This document shows, one piece after another, positions 46,301 to 55,460 of a DNA stretch of 64,000 bases. Position 1 is the first letter of the stretch, and each line of letters starts with the position of its first letter. This DNA comes from a virus, in the IMG/VR virus record IMGVR_UViG_3300025276_000022. One strand, written 5' to 3'. The notes below the pieces were generated by a model that was given only the letters and a program-made list of their open reading frames with translations, did not search any database and had not been told where the DNA came from. The translations under genes were made by a program, and so were the position numbers.

Positions 46301-49237
46301 GCTAACTCTGGTCGTCTAACTTCTGTCGAAAGTCGTGCAACTTCTCTAGAGACTCGTACTACTGATGTTGAAGCTCGCGCTACTGCTGTTGAGTCACGTG
46401 CAACTGCTCTAGAAACTGAACAAGGTACTCAGAACGGTCGTCTTACAGTCAACGAAAGTGACATTGACGATCTAGAAACTAAGCAAGGTGCTGCTACTCT
46501 AGCAACTGTCGCAACTGACTTATCTGCTGCAATCAATGAGATTCACTCAGAACTAGATACTGAAGCTTCTAACGTCGATACTCTACAAACAGAGATGGAC
46601 GCAGTCGAAGTACGTGCAACTGCTCTAGAAACTGAACAGGGTCTACAAGGCGGTCGTCTAACTTCTGTCGAAGGACGTGCAACTGGTGTTGAGTCACGTG
46701 CAACTGCGCTTGAAACTAAGCAAGGTTCTGCTACTCTAGACACTGTCGCAACTGATCTATCTGCTGCAATCAACGAATTGCACTCAGAAATGGGCACTTC
46801 TATTACTGATTTTGATTCTCTAGTAGCTCGTGTAACTACAGAAGAAGCAAATGTCGATACTCTACAGTCAGAAATGGACTTAGTAGAAGGTCGTGCAACT
46901 TCATTAGAAACTCGTGTAACTACCGAAGAAGGTAATGTTGATACTCTACAGACTCAAATGGGTTCTACAGTACTTGCTACTGTCGCAACTGATGTTACTG
47001 GTGCAGTCAACGAGATCCACTCTGAACTAGACGCAGAAGCGGTTAAGGTTGCTACTCTAGAAAGTGAAATGAATGCTGTCGAAGGACGTGCAACTGCTGT
47101 TGAGTCACGTGCAACTGCTCTAGAAACTGAACAGGGACTACAAGGTGGTCGTCTAACAGTTAACGAGAGTGACATCGATGACTTAGAAACTAAGTTAGGT
47201 ACTGGTGTTTTCGATACTACTTCACAAATCATTACTGGTGCAGTCAATGAACTTCATGGTGAAGTTGATACTAATACTGCTGGACTTGTCGCTGCTGTTT
47301 CTCGTGCCGATGCCGATAGTGATGCACTTGCATCTGAAATCGTATCACGCACCGCTGCTGACACACTGATCCGTACTGATCTTGCTGCACTTAGAACTAC
47401 TGATCAAGCAGACTACATTGCTCGTGACGCGGCTGTTCTTGCATCTGCACAGTCTTACGCAGAAAGCGAAGCAGACGATGGCGAAGCCGCTGCTAAGATT
47501 TACGCAGACGGAATCGTTGCTAGTGAAGCAACTCTACGTGACAATGCTGATATCGTACTTGCTGGTCAAATTACTACTGAAGCAACTGCACGTCAAGTCG
47601 CAGATAATGGTCTAGATACACGACTAGGTGTTGTTGAAGGCGAAATGTCTGCAACTCAACTTGCTGCTGGCGTAAATGCTGATGGAACATACGATACTCC
47701 AACAACTACTACTCACCTTAATGCATCTACTTCTCTAGCAGACGCTGATAAGAAGTTAGATACTGCACTCACAACCGAAAGTGCTTCACGTGTTTCTGGT
47801 GATGCAAGCTTGCAATCACAGATCACTGCTGAAATTGCTCGTGCTGGATCTGCGGAAGGTGTTGTATCTACTGGACTAGCTGCTGAGATCGTACGTGCTA
47901 CAGCTGCAGAAGTTGCAAACGGTGCATTAATCACCACTAACGCTGCTTCAATTGCATCTGAGTCATCTCGTGCACAAGGCGTAGAATCTTCACTACAGAC
48001 TCAAGTAGACTTCATCACTTCTAATACTGATGCTGCTGCTCTTGACTCCCTAACTGAGATAGTTGCTGCGTTCCAAGGTGCTGATTCAACCCTAACAGGT
48101 TTAGTCTCTGCTAACCAAACTAGTATCTCAACTAACGCTTCAGGTCTTGCACAAGAGATCACTGATCGAATTGCTGGTGATACAGCAGTACGTAGTGAAT
48201 TCGCAACTGCTGACTCAGGTCTACAGACTCAAATTGACGGACTAGTATCTAAGTCTGGCGATGCGATGACTGGTGTCCTAGCAATGGGTAGTAACAAGAT
48301 TACTGGTCTTGCTGATGGTGTTGCTAATGGCGATGCTGCAAACAAGGGACAATTAGTTTCTGGTCTTGCTGCTCAACATATCTCTCAGTTCTCAACTTCG
48401 GATCTACCAGAAGGTAGTAACGAATACTTCACAGCTGCGAAAGTACATGCTGCAGTAAGTGTAGTTGATGTTTCTGGAGAAGGTAAGGTATCTGAGACAG
48501 ATGGTGTATTCTCTATAGACACTGCTAAATCATTCCTCGAAATATCTGATGTAGCTGATACATCATATGTTGGTAAGAATGGTTGGGTTGCTCGTGTTAA
48601 GACAGACCTTTCAGGTCTTGAACTTATAGATCCTACAGAACTAGCATTCAATGACGCAAAACGTCAGGTGATTTCTGGTGACGGAGCACAGAGCACATTC
48701 GCTCTAAACTTCTACACTGTAGAAGCTAACGCAATGGTATTTGTTGGTGGTGTTATTCAGGATCCATCGGTTCACTACACGATTGATGCTGCTAATCAAC
48801 AAATTACTTTCATGGCTGCTATCCCAGTTGGAACTCAAGCGGTAGTTATCGCTCAGTCTACTAACTCGGTTGGTGTACTAGATCCTAAGTCGGTCGGTCT
48901 TGAAACTCTTGCTGATAACATCAAAGTCTTCGAACAGGGTAACGATGTTGTTGTTGGAACTTCTGCTACAGTAGTTTCTACATTCAACAAAGTGACTACA
49001 CGTTCTGCTAAGTACGTAGTCACCGTAGAAAATAACGGTGAATTCGAAACTCGCGAATGTCTAGTTATCCATGACGGAACAGACGCATATATAACTGAGT
49101 ACGGTATTCTATTCACAGGTGCTAATGTACTTGGTGATACCGACATTCAGGTAAACGGTTCAAGTATTGAGTTGACATATACAGCTGCTATTGCTGGTGC
49201 AGTAGTATCAGTATCCGCTTCGTATATCGACGCATAA
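43331..49237 (+). CDS. very long coiled-coil fibre protein (1968 aa)
   Basis: Ala/Thr/Glu-rich ExxRAxxAE coiled-coil repeats, recurrent LDSLTEIVxAF and LSAAINE motifs, TxDLxEGxNxYFT at both ends, globular C-terminus. Confidence 0.8.
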   Translation: MAFRQIKSAALADKAVLNTKLDESAVQGQTTLTGMIDPAQCFTLLYDVGTDSLKKIGADAFFASFSTTDLSEGTNLYFTDARASTAVASDIAASVLVETNRASAAETLLQSNIDAEASTRAQADVTLQSNITAEATRATLREDSIEAASVSADAGLSTRIDNILSNTDQSAIDSFVEVIQAFEDADDVLSGSIIANASAITAETARATGKETENATAIAVETARATAAEVANTSLLSAEESARIAADTALSARVTVEEQATVSLQAQVTAEVARAGAAEAVIAQDLADEVTRATGAEAANASNLTDEINARAVADTQVRTDIAADIVTAQNAAQAHAEAQDVLHIGDATVDGSANNTLTDRIASSKTGAESVAAADASAKVLVEKTRAEAAESGLQAQITSNDTELASLVSADSTETADRIAGDSALQTQIDFITTNTDPAALDSLTEIVSAFQDADSDMSALVASNTTAISNENTRATGAESVLQTNITAEASTRGTADTGLQTAITAEETARIAADAATLVSAKAYTDQEADSHQAAAEAHADAQDASLIGDASVNGTVGNTVTARIATAKSEATAFTTAQVSAEAATRLAADDALSLRTTVLEGEMTTVEALAAQNEIDLRAEEVTRASGDSSLQGQIDAEEAARILADTGLQTQVTAEVTRAQGVEATNAAAVVTERQRAEGVEAGLRTDVNTNTVNITANAGTITGENTRALAAESALGTRIDSAETLQASDHADNQTQITAEVTRASGVEAGLQTSVDSLQGQITSNDSDISALATLQSSDHDDNQAQITAEVTRATAAEVVNAAAVVAETTRASGIEAGLRTDVDSNQTQITANDADILALETLQSSDHDDNQAQITAEVARATAAEVVNAAATATEKSRAEGIEAGLRTDVDSNQTQITANDADILALTNLQAADHADNQTQITAEVNRASGIEAGLRTDVTTLESRVDFIVSNDDGAALDSLTEIVAAFEGADSDLTGVITANSGRLTSVESRATSLETRTTDVEARATAVESRATALETEQGTQNGRLTVNESDIDDLETKQGAATLATVATDLSAAINEIHSELDTEASNVDTLQTEMDAVEVRATALETEQGLQGGRLTSVEGRATGVESRATALETKQGSATLDTVATDLSAAINELHSEMGTSITDFDSLVARVTTEEANVDTLQSEMDLVEGRATSLETRVTTEEGNVDTLQTQMGSTVLATVATDVTGAVNEIHSELDAEAVKVATLESEMNAVEGRATAVESRATALETEQGLQGGRLTVNESDIDDLETKLGTGVFDTTSQIITGAVNELHGEVDTNTAGLVAAVSRADADSDALASEIVSRTAADTLIRTDLAALRTTDQADYIARDAAVLASAQSYAESEADDGEAAAKIYADGIVASEATLRDNADIVLAGQITTEATARQVADNGLDTRLGVVEGEMSATQLAAGVNADGTYDTPTTTTHLNASTSLADADKKLDTALTTESASRVSGDASLQSQITAEIARAGSAEGVVSTGLAAEIVRATAAEVANGALITTNAASIASESSRAQGVESSLQTQVDFITSNTDAAALDSLTEIVAAFQGADSTLTGLVSANQTSISTNASGLAQEITDRIAGDTAVRSEFATADSGLQTQIDGLVSKSGDAMTGVLAMGSNKITGLADGVANGDAANKGQLVSGLAAQHISQFSTSDLPEGSNEYFTAAKVHAAVSVVDVSGEGKVSETDGVFSIDTAKSFLEISDVADTSYVGKNGWVARVKTDLSGLELIDPTELAFNDAKRQVISGDGAQSTFALNFYTVEANAMVFVGGVIQDPSVHYTIDAANQQITFMAAIPVGTQAVVIAQSTNSVGVLDPKSVGLETLADNIKVFEQGNDVVVGTSATVVSTFNKVTTRSAKYVVTVENNGEFETRECLVIHDGTDAYITEYGILFTGANVLGDTDIQVNGSSIELTYTAAIAGAVVSVSASYIDA

Positions 49238-49304
49238 TTTAATAATTCGGGGGTGGCTTCACGTCACCCCCACCCCCTCACACATTTTAAAAAGGTATTA
49301 AAAA

Positions 49305-52300
49305 ATGAGTTCTAACAAGAAATTTAGAATACAAAATGGCGCTGCGATTACTGGTGAAGTAACCGTAAACGACCAAGTTGTAATAACCGAAGCTGGTATA
49401 GTTACCGTTCCTGCTATCTCCGCAGCAGTTGCAACTATTGTCGCATCCGACATTGCAACACTACAGAGTCAAGTAGACGCGATCCTAGGTACTTCTCCAG
49501 AAAGCCTGAATACACTACAAGAAATTGTTTCTCTTTTCCAAAGCGAAGATGGTGACATTCAAACTTTAATTACGAACAACTCAACTGCAATTACTGCAAT
49601 GCAGGCTACTTTATCAAGTGGCGTTGCCGGTGCTGCAGATTTTGCCGCATTAGATCTATTGGTCTCAGGCCTGTCAGGTCGTGGATCTGAACTTGTAGAT
49701 GGTATTGACCATACTAAGTGGGACTACATACATGGTACGATCAATACTAACTCGAACAATGTCCAATTCACCAGAAATGTTGATGGTATGGTTGCCAGAA
49801 TGACTCTAACAGGGTTCGAAGTTGGTAAAACTTATCAAATAAGAACTTCGGGCGATCAGGAGAGTGCCTTTGTTACGCTGAGTCCTCAAGCGTATAACAA
49901 TTATGGTGATTTCAACTCTTCATCTTTCAAGACAGCTTTCCATAATCATTCCCCAGGCACTGGAGATGTCCTGACAGAGTCGGGTACGTTCTTTGTTGCT
50001 GATGCTACAACATTATATATGCAAATAGTAGGGCCTACTCAGAATCCGTTTCAACTGTATGACATCTCTATCACAGAATACAACGTTCCTGTTGCTCTAG
50101 AAACTAGCTCAGGCTCGGTAGTAGAGTCTATCAACGAACTACATACAGAGATTGGTGCTGAGACTGCTGCTAGAACTGCTGCTATCGCCGCAATTCCTGC
50201 AACTGACTTAACTCCTTACTCAACTACTGTACAGACGACTGCTGCAATTGCTACTGCTAAAACAGAAGCTCAGTCTTATGCAGATCAAGTTGTTGCTGCA
50301 ACCGTAGATGCTGCTCCTGCCGCACTAGACACTCTTAACGAGTTGGCTGCTGCTCTAGGTGACGATGCAAACTTTGCATCAACAGTAACTTCATCTATCG
50401 CTACTAAAGCGGACGATGTTGCAACTACTACTGCTCTTGCTACTAAGGCTGATGACGCTGCAACTACTGCTGCTCTTGCTACTAAGGCGGACGTTTCAAG
50501 TATTAGTTCTATCGAAGGGTTCTTGAATGGTACTCCAAGTGTACCGGCAATAAGTCCTTTGGCCGATCTGTTCACTCCTGAACCAAGCGATTATACCTCG
50601 TGGAACCCCAATGGAGGGGATGACGACGAAGGAAAGTTTGGTAGTCAACTTGGTTCAAGTGAAGATTTCTTATTCGTTTCCGCGAATGGCCATGACGGTG
50701 GCATAGGTATGATGTGGATATATCCTAAATCGGATATGTCAAATCCTGTTGAACTGACCTACCCTCAGACACACTCAGTCGGTAATGCTGGTTTCGGTTA
50801 TAGTTATGCATTCTCAGAAACTACCAAGACTCTTATGGTAGCTACCCGATATGCCCATGACACTGTCGGTGTCGGTACCGAAGGAGCGTTGCATTGGTTT
50901 AATTTAACTGACGTAAATAACATAACTCTTATACAGTCAGTTTATGGTGCAGGGGGCGAGGAAATAGGCCAGAGTGCGGCTTATGATTCTGGAAAATTCT
51001 TTAGTTCTCGTACTGGCGATGGTGGTGGACAAGTTAGTAAAGTCTATGTCTATGATGAGACTAATTTAAGTGCTGCACCAACCGTGATACTAGATCCAGA
51101 AACCGAAGCATCATCGCATGAATACTTTGGATACAGGGTAGTCGCTGGTCAAGGATATCTATATATCTTGGATCTGTTTGCTTATGCCGACGGTTCGAAT
51201 AGTCAGCGTCTCGGGCGATGGTACATATACGACTCATCAACTCTAGCGTATACCGGAGTATCCTTTAACGGTGTAGCTAACATGGCGCATTTCGGAGCCA
51301 TGATCGACGGTTATTTCGTACATGGCATAGATGGCGGCTATAATAGTGTTGGCTCTTTCGAAAGAGTGATTATAGGAACTGATACTGTTGCAACTTCTCA
51401 TAGCTTCGGAGTCGGGTCTGGCGGTATAACGTTTATAGACGACACTCACTTATGGTGGGGTACCTTCGGTAAAATCAGTTCTGGTTATTTAGGAAATGTG
51501 AAGGCATATCCTTGGGCCGGTGATTTTACTACTTCCGACGTTACTATTAATACTGATTATGATAGTGGTAAATTATATAAAGACGGAGATGTCGTTTATA
51601 TTACTGCAAGGAATCAGAGTTCAGCAAGTTGGAATAACTATGCTGCAAAATATGCGAAGGTTAGTCGTTATAGTTGGTCTAGTGGATTCTCATTACAGTC
51701 GAATCTAGAATCATTAGTTTCTGCTGAGACAACTGCTAGAACTGCCGCTATCGCTGCAATTCCTGCAACTGACTTGACTCCATACTCAACTACTACTGAG
51801 ATGAACTCATCTATTGCAACTGCTAAGTCAGAAGCTCAGACTTATGCGGATCAAGTTGTTGCTTCGACCATTGATGCTGCTCCTGCTTCTTTAGATACTC
51901 TTAACGAGTTGGCGGCCGCATTAGGTGACGATGCAAACTTTGCATCAACTATCACTGCATCTATCGCAACTAAAGCAACTGCTGCTGATCTTACTGCATT
52001 AGAAGCACAGATCACTGGTGGCGTTGCAACTCTCGCACAGGGTGCTCTTGCTGATACTGCGTTACAACCAGCAGACCTTGTTGCAAATACTACTGCTATT
52101 GCAACTAATGCTTCTAATCTTACTGCATTAGAGACTTCACACTCAGCAGACCTTGTTAACTTAACAGCTAGGACGTATGGTGTTACATATGATCCGAACG
52201 CTGCTAATGTTGAGGTAGATTCTACATTAGATATGCAGACTAACGCAATCATAAATGTAGCTGCTCCTTCTGCAGCTGATGATGCCGCAACTAAAGCATA

Positions 52301-52517
52301 TGTTGATGCTGGTCAAGTTGCAGCAATCTCTGCTTCTGCAGCTGCTTTGTCTGGTGGTCTATGTATCACTTATGATCCAGCAACAGGTGAGATCAAAATA
52401 GACACAGTAGAAACTGCTTCATCGTTACTCGTTGCAGACTCTAACAATTTAGGTAGTCAATCACCTTCGCACTACCGTATCGATGTTTATAATGTAAACG
52501 GTACTATTGTTAACTAA
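49305..52517 (+). CDS. fibre/adhesin with inserted beta-sandwich and FG-GAP-like beta-propeller
   Basis: APxxLDTLNELAAALGDDANFA motifs; blades FGSQL/FGYSY/IGQSA/FGYRV. Confidence 0.75.
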   Translation: MSSNKKFRIQNGAAITGEVTVNDQVVITEAGIVTVPAISAAVATIVASDIATLQSQVDAILGTSPESLNTLQEIVSLFQSEDGDIQTLITNNSTAITAMQATLSSGVAGAADFAALDLLVSGLSGRGSELVDGIDHTKWDYIHGTINTNSNNVQFTRNVDGMVARMTLTGFEVGKTYQIRTSGDQESAFVTLSPQAYNNYGDFNSSSFKTAFHNHSPGTGDVLTESGTFFVADATTLYMQIVGPTQNPFQLYDISITEYNVPVALETSSGSVVESINELHTEIGAETAARTAAIAAIPATDLTPYSTTVQTTAAIATAKTEAQSYADQVVAATVDAAPAALDTLNELAAALGDDANFASTVTSSIATKADDVATTTALATKADDAATTAALATKADVSSISSIEGFLNGTPSVPAISPLADLFTPEPSDYTSWNPNGGDDDEGKFGSQLGSSEDFLFVSANGHDGGIGMMWIYPKSDMSNPVELTYPQTHSVGNAGFGYSYAFSETTKTLMVATRYAHDTVGVGTEGALHWFNLTDVNNITLIQSVYGAGGEEIGQSAAYDSGKFFSSRTGDGGGQVSKVYVYDETNLSAAPTVILDPETEASSHEYFGYRVVAGQGYLYILDLFAYADGSNSQRLGRWYIYDSSTLAYTGVSFNGVANMAHFGAMIDGYFVHGIDGGYNSVGSFERVIIGTDTVATSHSFGVGSGGITFIDDTHLWWGTFGKISSGYLGNVKAYPWAGDFTTSDVTINTDYDSGKLYKDGDVVYITARNQSSASWNNYAAKYAKVSRYSWSSGFSLQSNLESLVSAETTARTAAIAAIPATDLTPYSTTTEMNSSIATAKSEAQTYADQVVASTIDAAPASLDTLNELAAALGDDANFASTITASIATKATAADLTALEAQITGGVATLAQGALADTALQPADLVANTTAIATNASNLTALETSHSADLVNLTARTYGVTYDPNAANVEVDSTLDMQTNAIINVAAPSAADDAATKAYVDAGQVAAISASAAALSGGLCITYDPATGEIKIDTVETASSLLVADSNNLGSQSPSHYRIDVYNVNGTIVN

Positions 52518-52540
52518 TCTTAAAGTAAAACTAAGATATA

Positions 52541-52570
52541 AAGGGGAGACTTCGGTTTCCCCTTTTTTTT
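52541..52570 (+). terminator. intrinsic terminator
   Basis: AAGGGGAGAC-TTCG-GTTTCCCC-T8. Confidence 0.92.
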
Positions 52571-52584
52571 ACATTTCTTTTTCA

Positions 52585-52604
52585 TATAAATAAACGTATA
52601 AATA
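52585..52604 (+). promoter_or_regulatory. tandem late promoters
   Basis: TATAAATA at 52585-92 and 52597-604. Confidence 0.85.
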
Positions 52605-52631
52605 GTATGTAACTAATATTGGATTATATTC

Positions 52632-53402
52632 ATGTATTCAACAAGCAAAGAAGAATTGATAGATTACTGCCTACGTGCCTTAGGACATCCGGTAGTCGAA
52701 GTCAACATAGACGAAGAACAACTAGACGATCGTATTGACGAGGCGTTACAGTGGTTTCGTGAAAATCATCCGGACGGTTCTAAACGATACTATCTAAAAC
52801 ACCAATTGACACAGTCTGACATTGATAATCAGGCTGTAGATTTGAGTGATGACTTAGATCTTACCGCAGTTGTCCGTATGATACCGATGAGTTTTAGTAA
52901 TGCACACTCAGGTTGGTTCAGTGATGCATGGCAGTTTATGTCCCATACTATTAGCGACTTTGCTAATGGTGGTGGTCTACTAGGGGATCTTGCACATTAC
53001 GAACAGATGCAACAATCACTATCTCTACTCGACATGAAACTGGGTGGTCATCCACAAATAACATTTGATCGTCAATATAATCGTATAAACCTACATGTTT
53101 CTAAAACTAATCTGAAACTAGATGATTTTATAATATTCGAAGTTTATGCCATACGTAACCCAGATAGTAGTATAAACGAATACAATTCCCTCTGGAATCA
53201 CAAGTTCTTAAAAGAATATGCTACTGCACTGATTAAACGTCAGTGGGGTACTAATCTAATTAAGTTTGATGGTATGACACTGCCCGGCGGTGTTACGGTC
53301 AACGCACGTTTGATCTATGAAGATTCCCTTGCGGATATTGATAGGCTCATGGAAAAATTTCGTAACGAAGAAGATGAAGGGCCTATGTTCTTCATGGGGT
53401 AA
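52632..53402 (+). CDS. 13: neck protein gp13
   Basis: LIDYCLR.LG.PV.EVN.DEEQ..DRIDEALQ, K.QWG.NL.KF.G..LPGGV..N. Confidence 0.95.
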   Translation: MYSTSKEELIDYCLRALGHPVVEVNIDEEQLDDRIDEALQWFRENHPDGSKRYYLKHQLTQSDIDNQAVDLSDDLDLTAVVRMIPMSFSNAHSGWFSDAWQFMSHTISDFANGGGLLGDLAHYEQMQQSLSLLDMKLGGHPQITFDRQYNRINLHVSKTNLKLDDFIIFEVYAIRNPDSSINEYNSLWNHKFLKEYATALIKRQWGTNLIKFDGMTLPGGVTVNARLIYEDSLADIDRLMEKFRNEEDEGPMFFMG

Positions 53403-53405
53403 TTG

Positions 53406-54284
53406 ATGGCAACTAATCCATATATAAGTCAAAAATACAGACCGGAACAGAATCTCTACGAAGATATTCTTATTGAAGCGATCCAGTTCTACGGACAGGA
53501 CGTTTATTATCTCCCACGGGAAGTCGTGGAAAGAGAAGACATCTTCCTTGACAGCATCCAGTCACAGTTCTCGGACGCCTATAAAGTAGAAGTGTATATT
53601 GAAAACACTGAAGCATTTGATGGGGAAGGAGATCTATTCACTAAGTTTGGTATCGAACTCCGAGACCAGTCTACCTTTGTCATTGCACGTCGTCGGTGGA
53701 GAGAGTTGGTAGGCGATCGTCTTGCCGATAATCAATTCCGTCCTAGAGAAGGTGATGTTATCTATCTCCCGTTATCCGAATCTTTATTCGAGGTAAAAAA
53801 GGTCGAGACAGAAACTCCGTTCTATCAGTTATCTCAACTACCACTATTCCGTATGCAATGTGAGTTGTTCGAGTACTCTGATGAGGACTTCGACACAGGT
53901 ATCGAAGGTATTGATAGAGTTGAATCGGAGGCTGCATTCCAATACGAACTTGTTATGGAAACATCTGAAAGTGAATTCTATTATGAGCCAGGCGAAAATG
54001 TAACTCAGACGTTTGGCGATTATGTGATTGAAGGCGAAGTTACATCTTTTAATTCGGAGACTCGTCTGTTAAGAATTGCACACACTGGTGCTGACGATGG
54101 TAACTACCATGTTTGGGCGACAGATCGTCCAATAGTGGGAAGTAACGCATCTCTCACTCCAGTATCTTTCGATGAAGGAATAAATGAGATTCAACCACTT
54201 TCACAGAATAAAGTGTTTGATGATTTTGCTAATGATTTTGTGGACTTCTCTGAGTCCAATCCGTTTGGAGATTTATCGTCATGA
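53406..54284 (+). CDS. 14: neck protein gp14
   Basis: EQNL.ED...EAIQ.YG.DVYYLPR, KFG.E.RD, RPREGD.IY.P, DFSE.NPFG. Confidence 0.95.
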   Translation: MATNPYISQKYRPEQNLYEDILIEAIQFYGQDVYYLPREVVEREDIFLDSIQSQFSDAYKVEVYIENTEAFDGEGDLFTKFGIELRDQSTFVIARRRWRELVGDRLADNQFRPREGDVIYLPLSESLFEVKKVETETPFYQLSQLPLFRMQCELFEYSDEDFDTGIEGIDRVESEAAFQYELVMETSESEFYYEPGENVTQTFGDYVIEGEVTSFNSETRLLRIAHTGADDGNYHVWATDRPIVGSNASLTPVSFDEGINEIQPLSQNKVFDDFANDFVDFSESNPFGDLSS

Positions 54285-55057
54285 TGGGAGGACACTTTTA
54301 CCATAAACGCGTTCGTACTTGCGTTGCTGTATTTGGGTCAATGTTTAATGACCTACACGTTTTGAGAACAGACTCAAACGGCAAGGTGTTATCTCAAGTA
54401 AAGGTACCTTTATCTTATGCACCTAAAAGGTCGTTCATCGAACGTCTAGAAGAGATGAGTAACGGAGAACAAGCAGAGCGTAGAGTTGCTATCAAGCTTC
54501 CTCGTATGTCGTTCGAGATAACCTCTATCGCATATGACGCAGCACGTCAACTACCTAAAGTAAATGGGTTCGGTGGTATCGTATCTTCTGGGAACGAAAC
54601 GCAACGTAAGGTATATGTCGGTGTTCCGTATAATGTTTCTTTCTCGTTATCAGTGTATGCTAAATCTCAAGATGATGCATTACAAGTTGTTGAACAGATT
54701 ATACCATACTTCGCACCTCAATACACACTGACCGTAAAACCTTTTGCGGATCAACCAGATATCAAAGAAGATGTTCCTATAGTACTCACTGGTCTAGATT
54801 TCCAAGACGATTTCGAGGGGCCAATAGAGCAAAGGCGTACAATAATATACACTCTTAACTTTGAAATGAGAGTTAATTTCTATGGGCCGGAGATTACGTC
54901 ACCAATAATCCGTGAAGTAAATACCAATCTAAATCTGATAAATATAGATGACGAAGAAAGTTTACTGGAAACTATAAATACTACACCGACACCGATAGAC
55001 GTAAGTCCGGATAGTGATTACGGTTTCAGTACAGATATAATCTTCCCTAATAATTAG
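54281..55057 (+). CDS. 15: tail sheath stabiliser/completion gp15
   Basis: FYH...R..V..FG..FN, VP.SY.PK, LPRMSFE, EQI.PYF.P. Confidence 0.95.
   Translation: MMGGHFYHKRVRTCVAVFGSMFNDLHVLRTDSNGKVLSQVKVPLSYAPKRSFIERLEEMSNGEQAERRVAIKLPRMSFEITSIAYDAARQLPKVNGFGGIVSSGNETQRKVYVGVPYNVSFSLSVYAKSQDDALQVVEQIIPYFAPQYTLTVKPFADQPDIKEDVPIVLTGLDFQDDFEGPIEQRRTIIYTLNFEMRVNFYGPEITSPIIREVNTNLNLINIDDEESLLETINTTPTPIDVSPDSDYGFSTDIIFPNN
54973..54980 (+). promoter_or_regulatory. late promoter inside gp15, upstream of terminase genes
   Basis: TATAAATA ~90 nt before the gp16 start. Confidence 0.55.
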
Positions 55058-55067
55058 GCCATATATA

Positions 55068-55460
55068 ATGAGTGATTCGAGTAATATCCCTGCCGTGGTT
55101 AAAGACGAGCAGAATAAAAATATAGCTACAGATTATGAATATTCAAGAGAGACTTACTACGACCTAATCGAAAAAGGTCGGGAGTCTTTAGAGTTAATGA
55201 TTGAAGTTGCACGAGAGTCGGAACACCCTCGTGCGTTCGAAGTTCTTTCTGGTATGATCAAAGGTATCTCTGACGTTAACGATAAGTTAATGGATCTGAA
55301 CAAGAAACAAAAAGAAATTACCAAAGAAGACACCCCCTCATCCGAAGGTGGTGCAACAACTAATAATAATCTATTTGTAGGGTCTACTACTGAACTTCAA
55401 CGTATGCTTCTGGGTGATCCTTTGGCTGATGAAAAAGTAATTGATCAAGAAGAAGATTGA
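55068..55460 (+). CDS. 16: terminase small subunit gp16
   Basis: DYEYSR..Y..LIEKG, ESEHPRAFEV, NNNLFVGSTTEL. Confidence 0.95.
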   Translation: MSDSSNIPAVVKDEQNKNIATDYEYSRETYYDLIEKGRESLELMIEVARESEHPRAFEVLSGMIKGISDVNDKLMDLNKKQKEITKEDTPSSEGGATTNNNLFVGSTTELQRMLLGDPLADEKVIDQEED

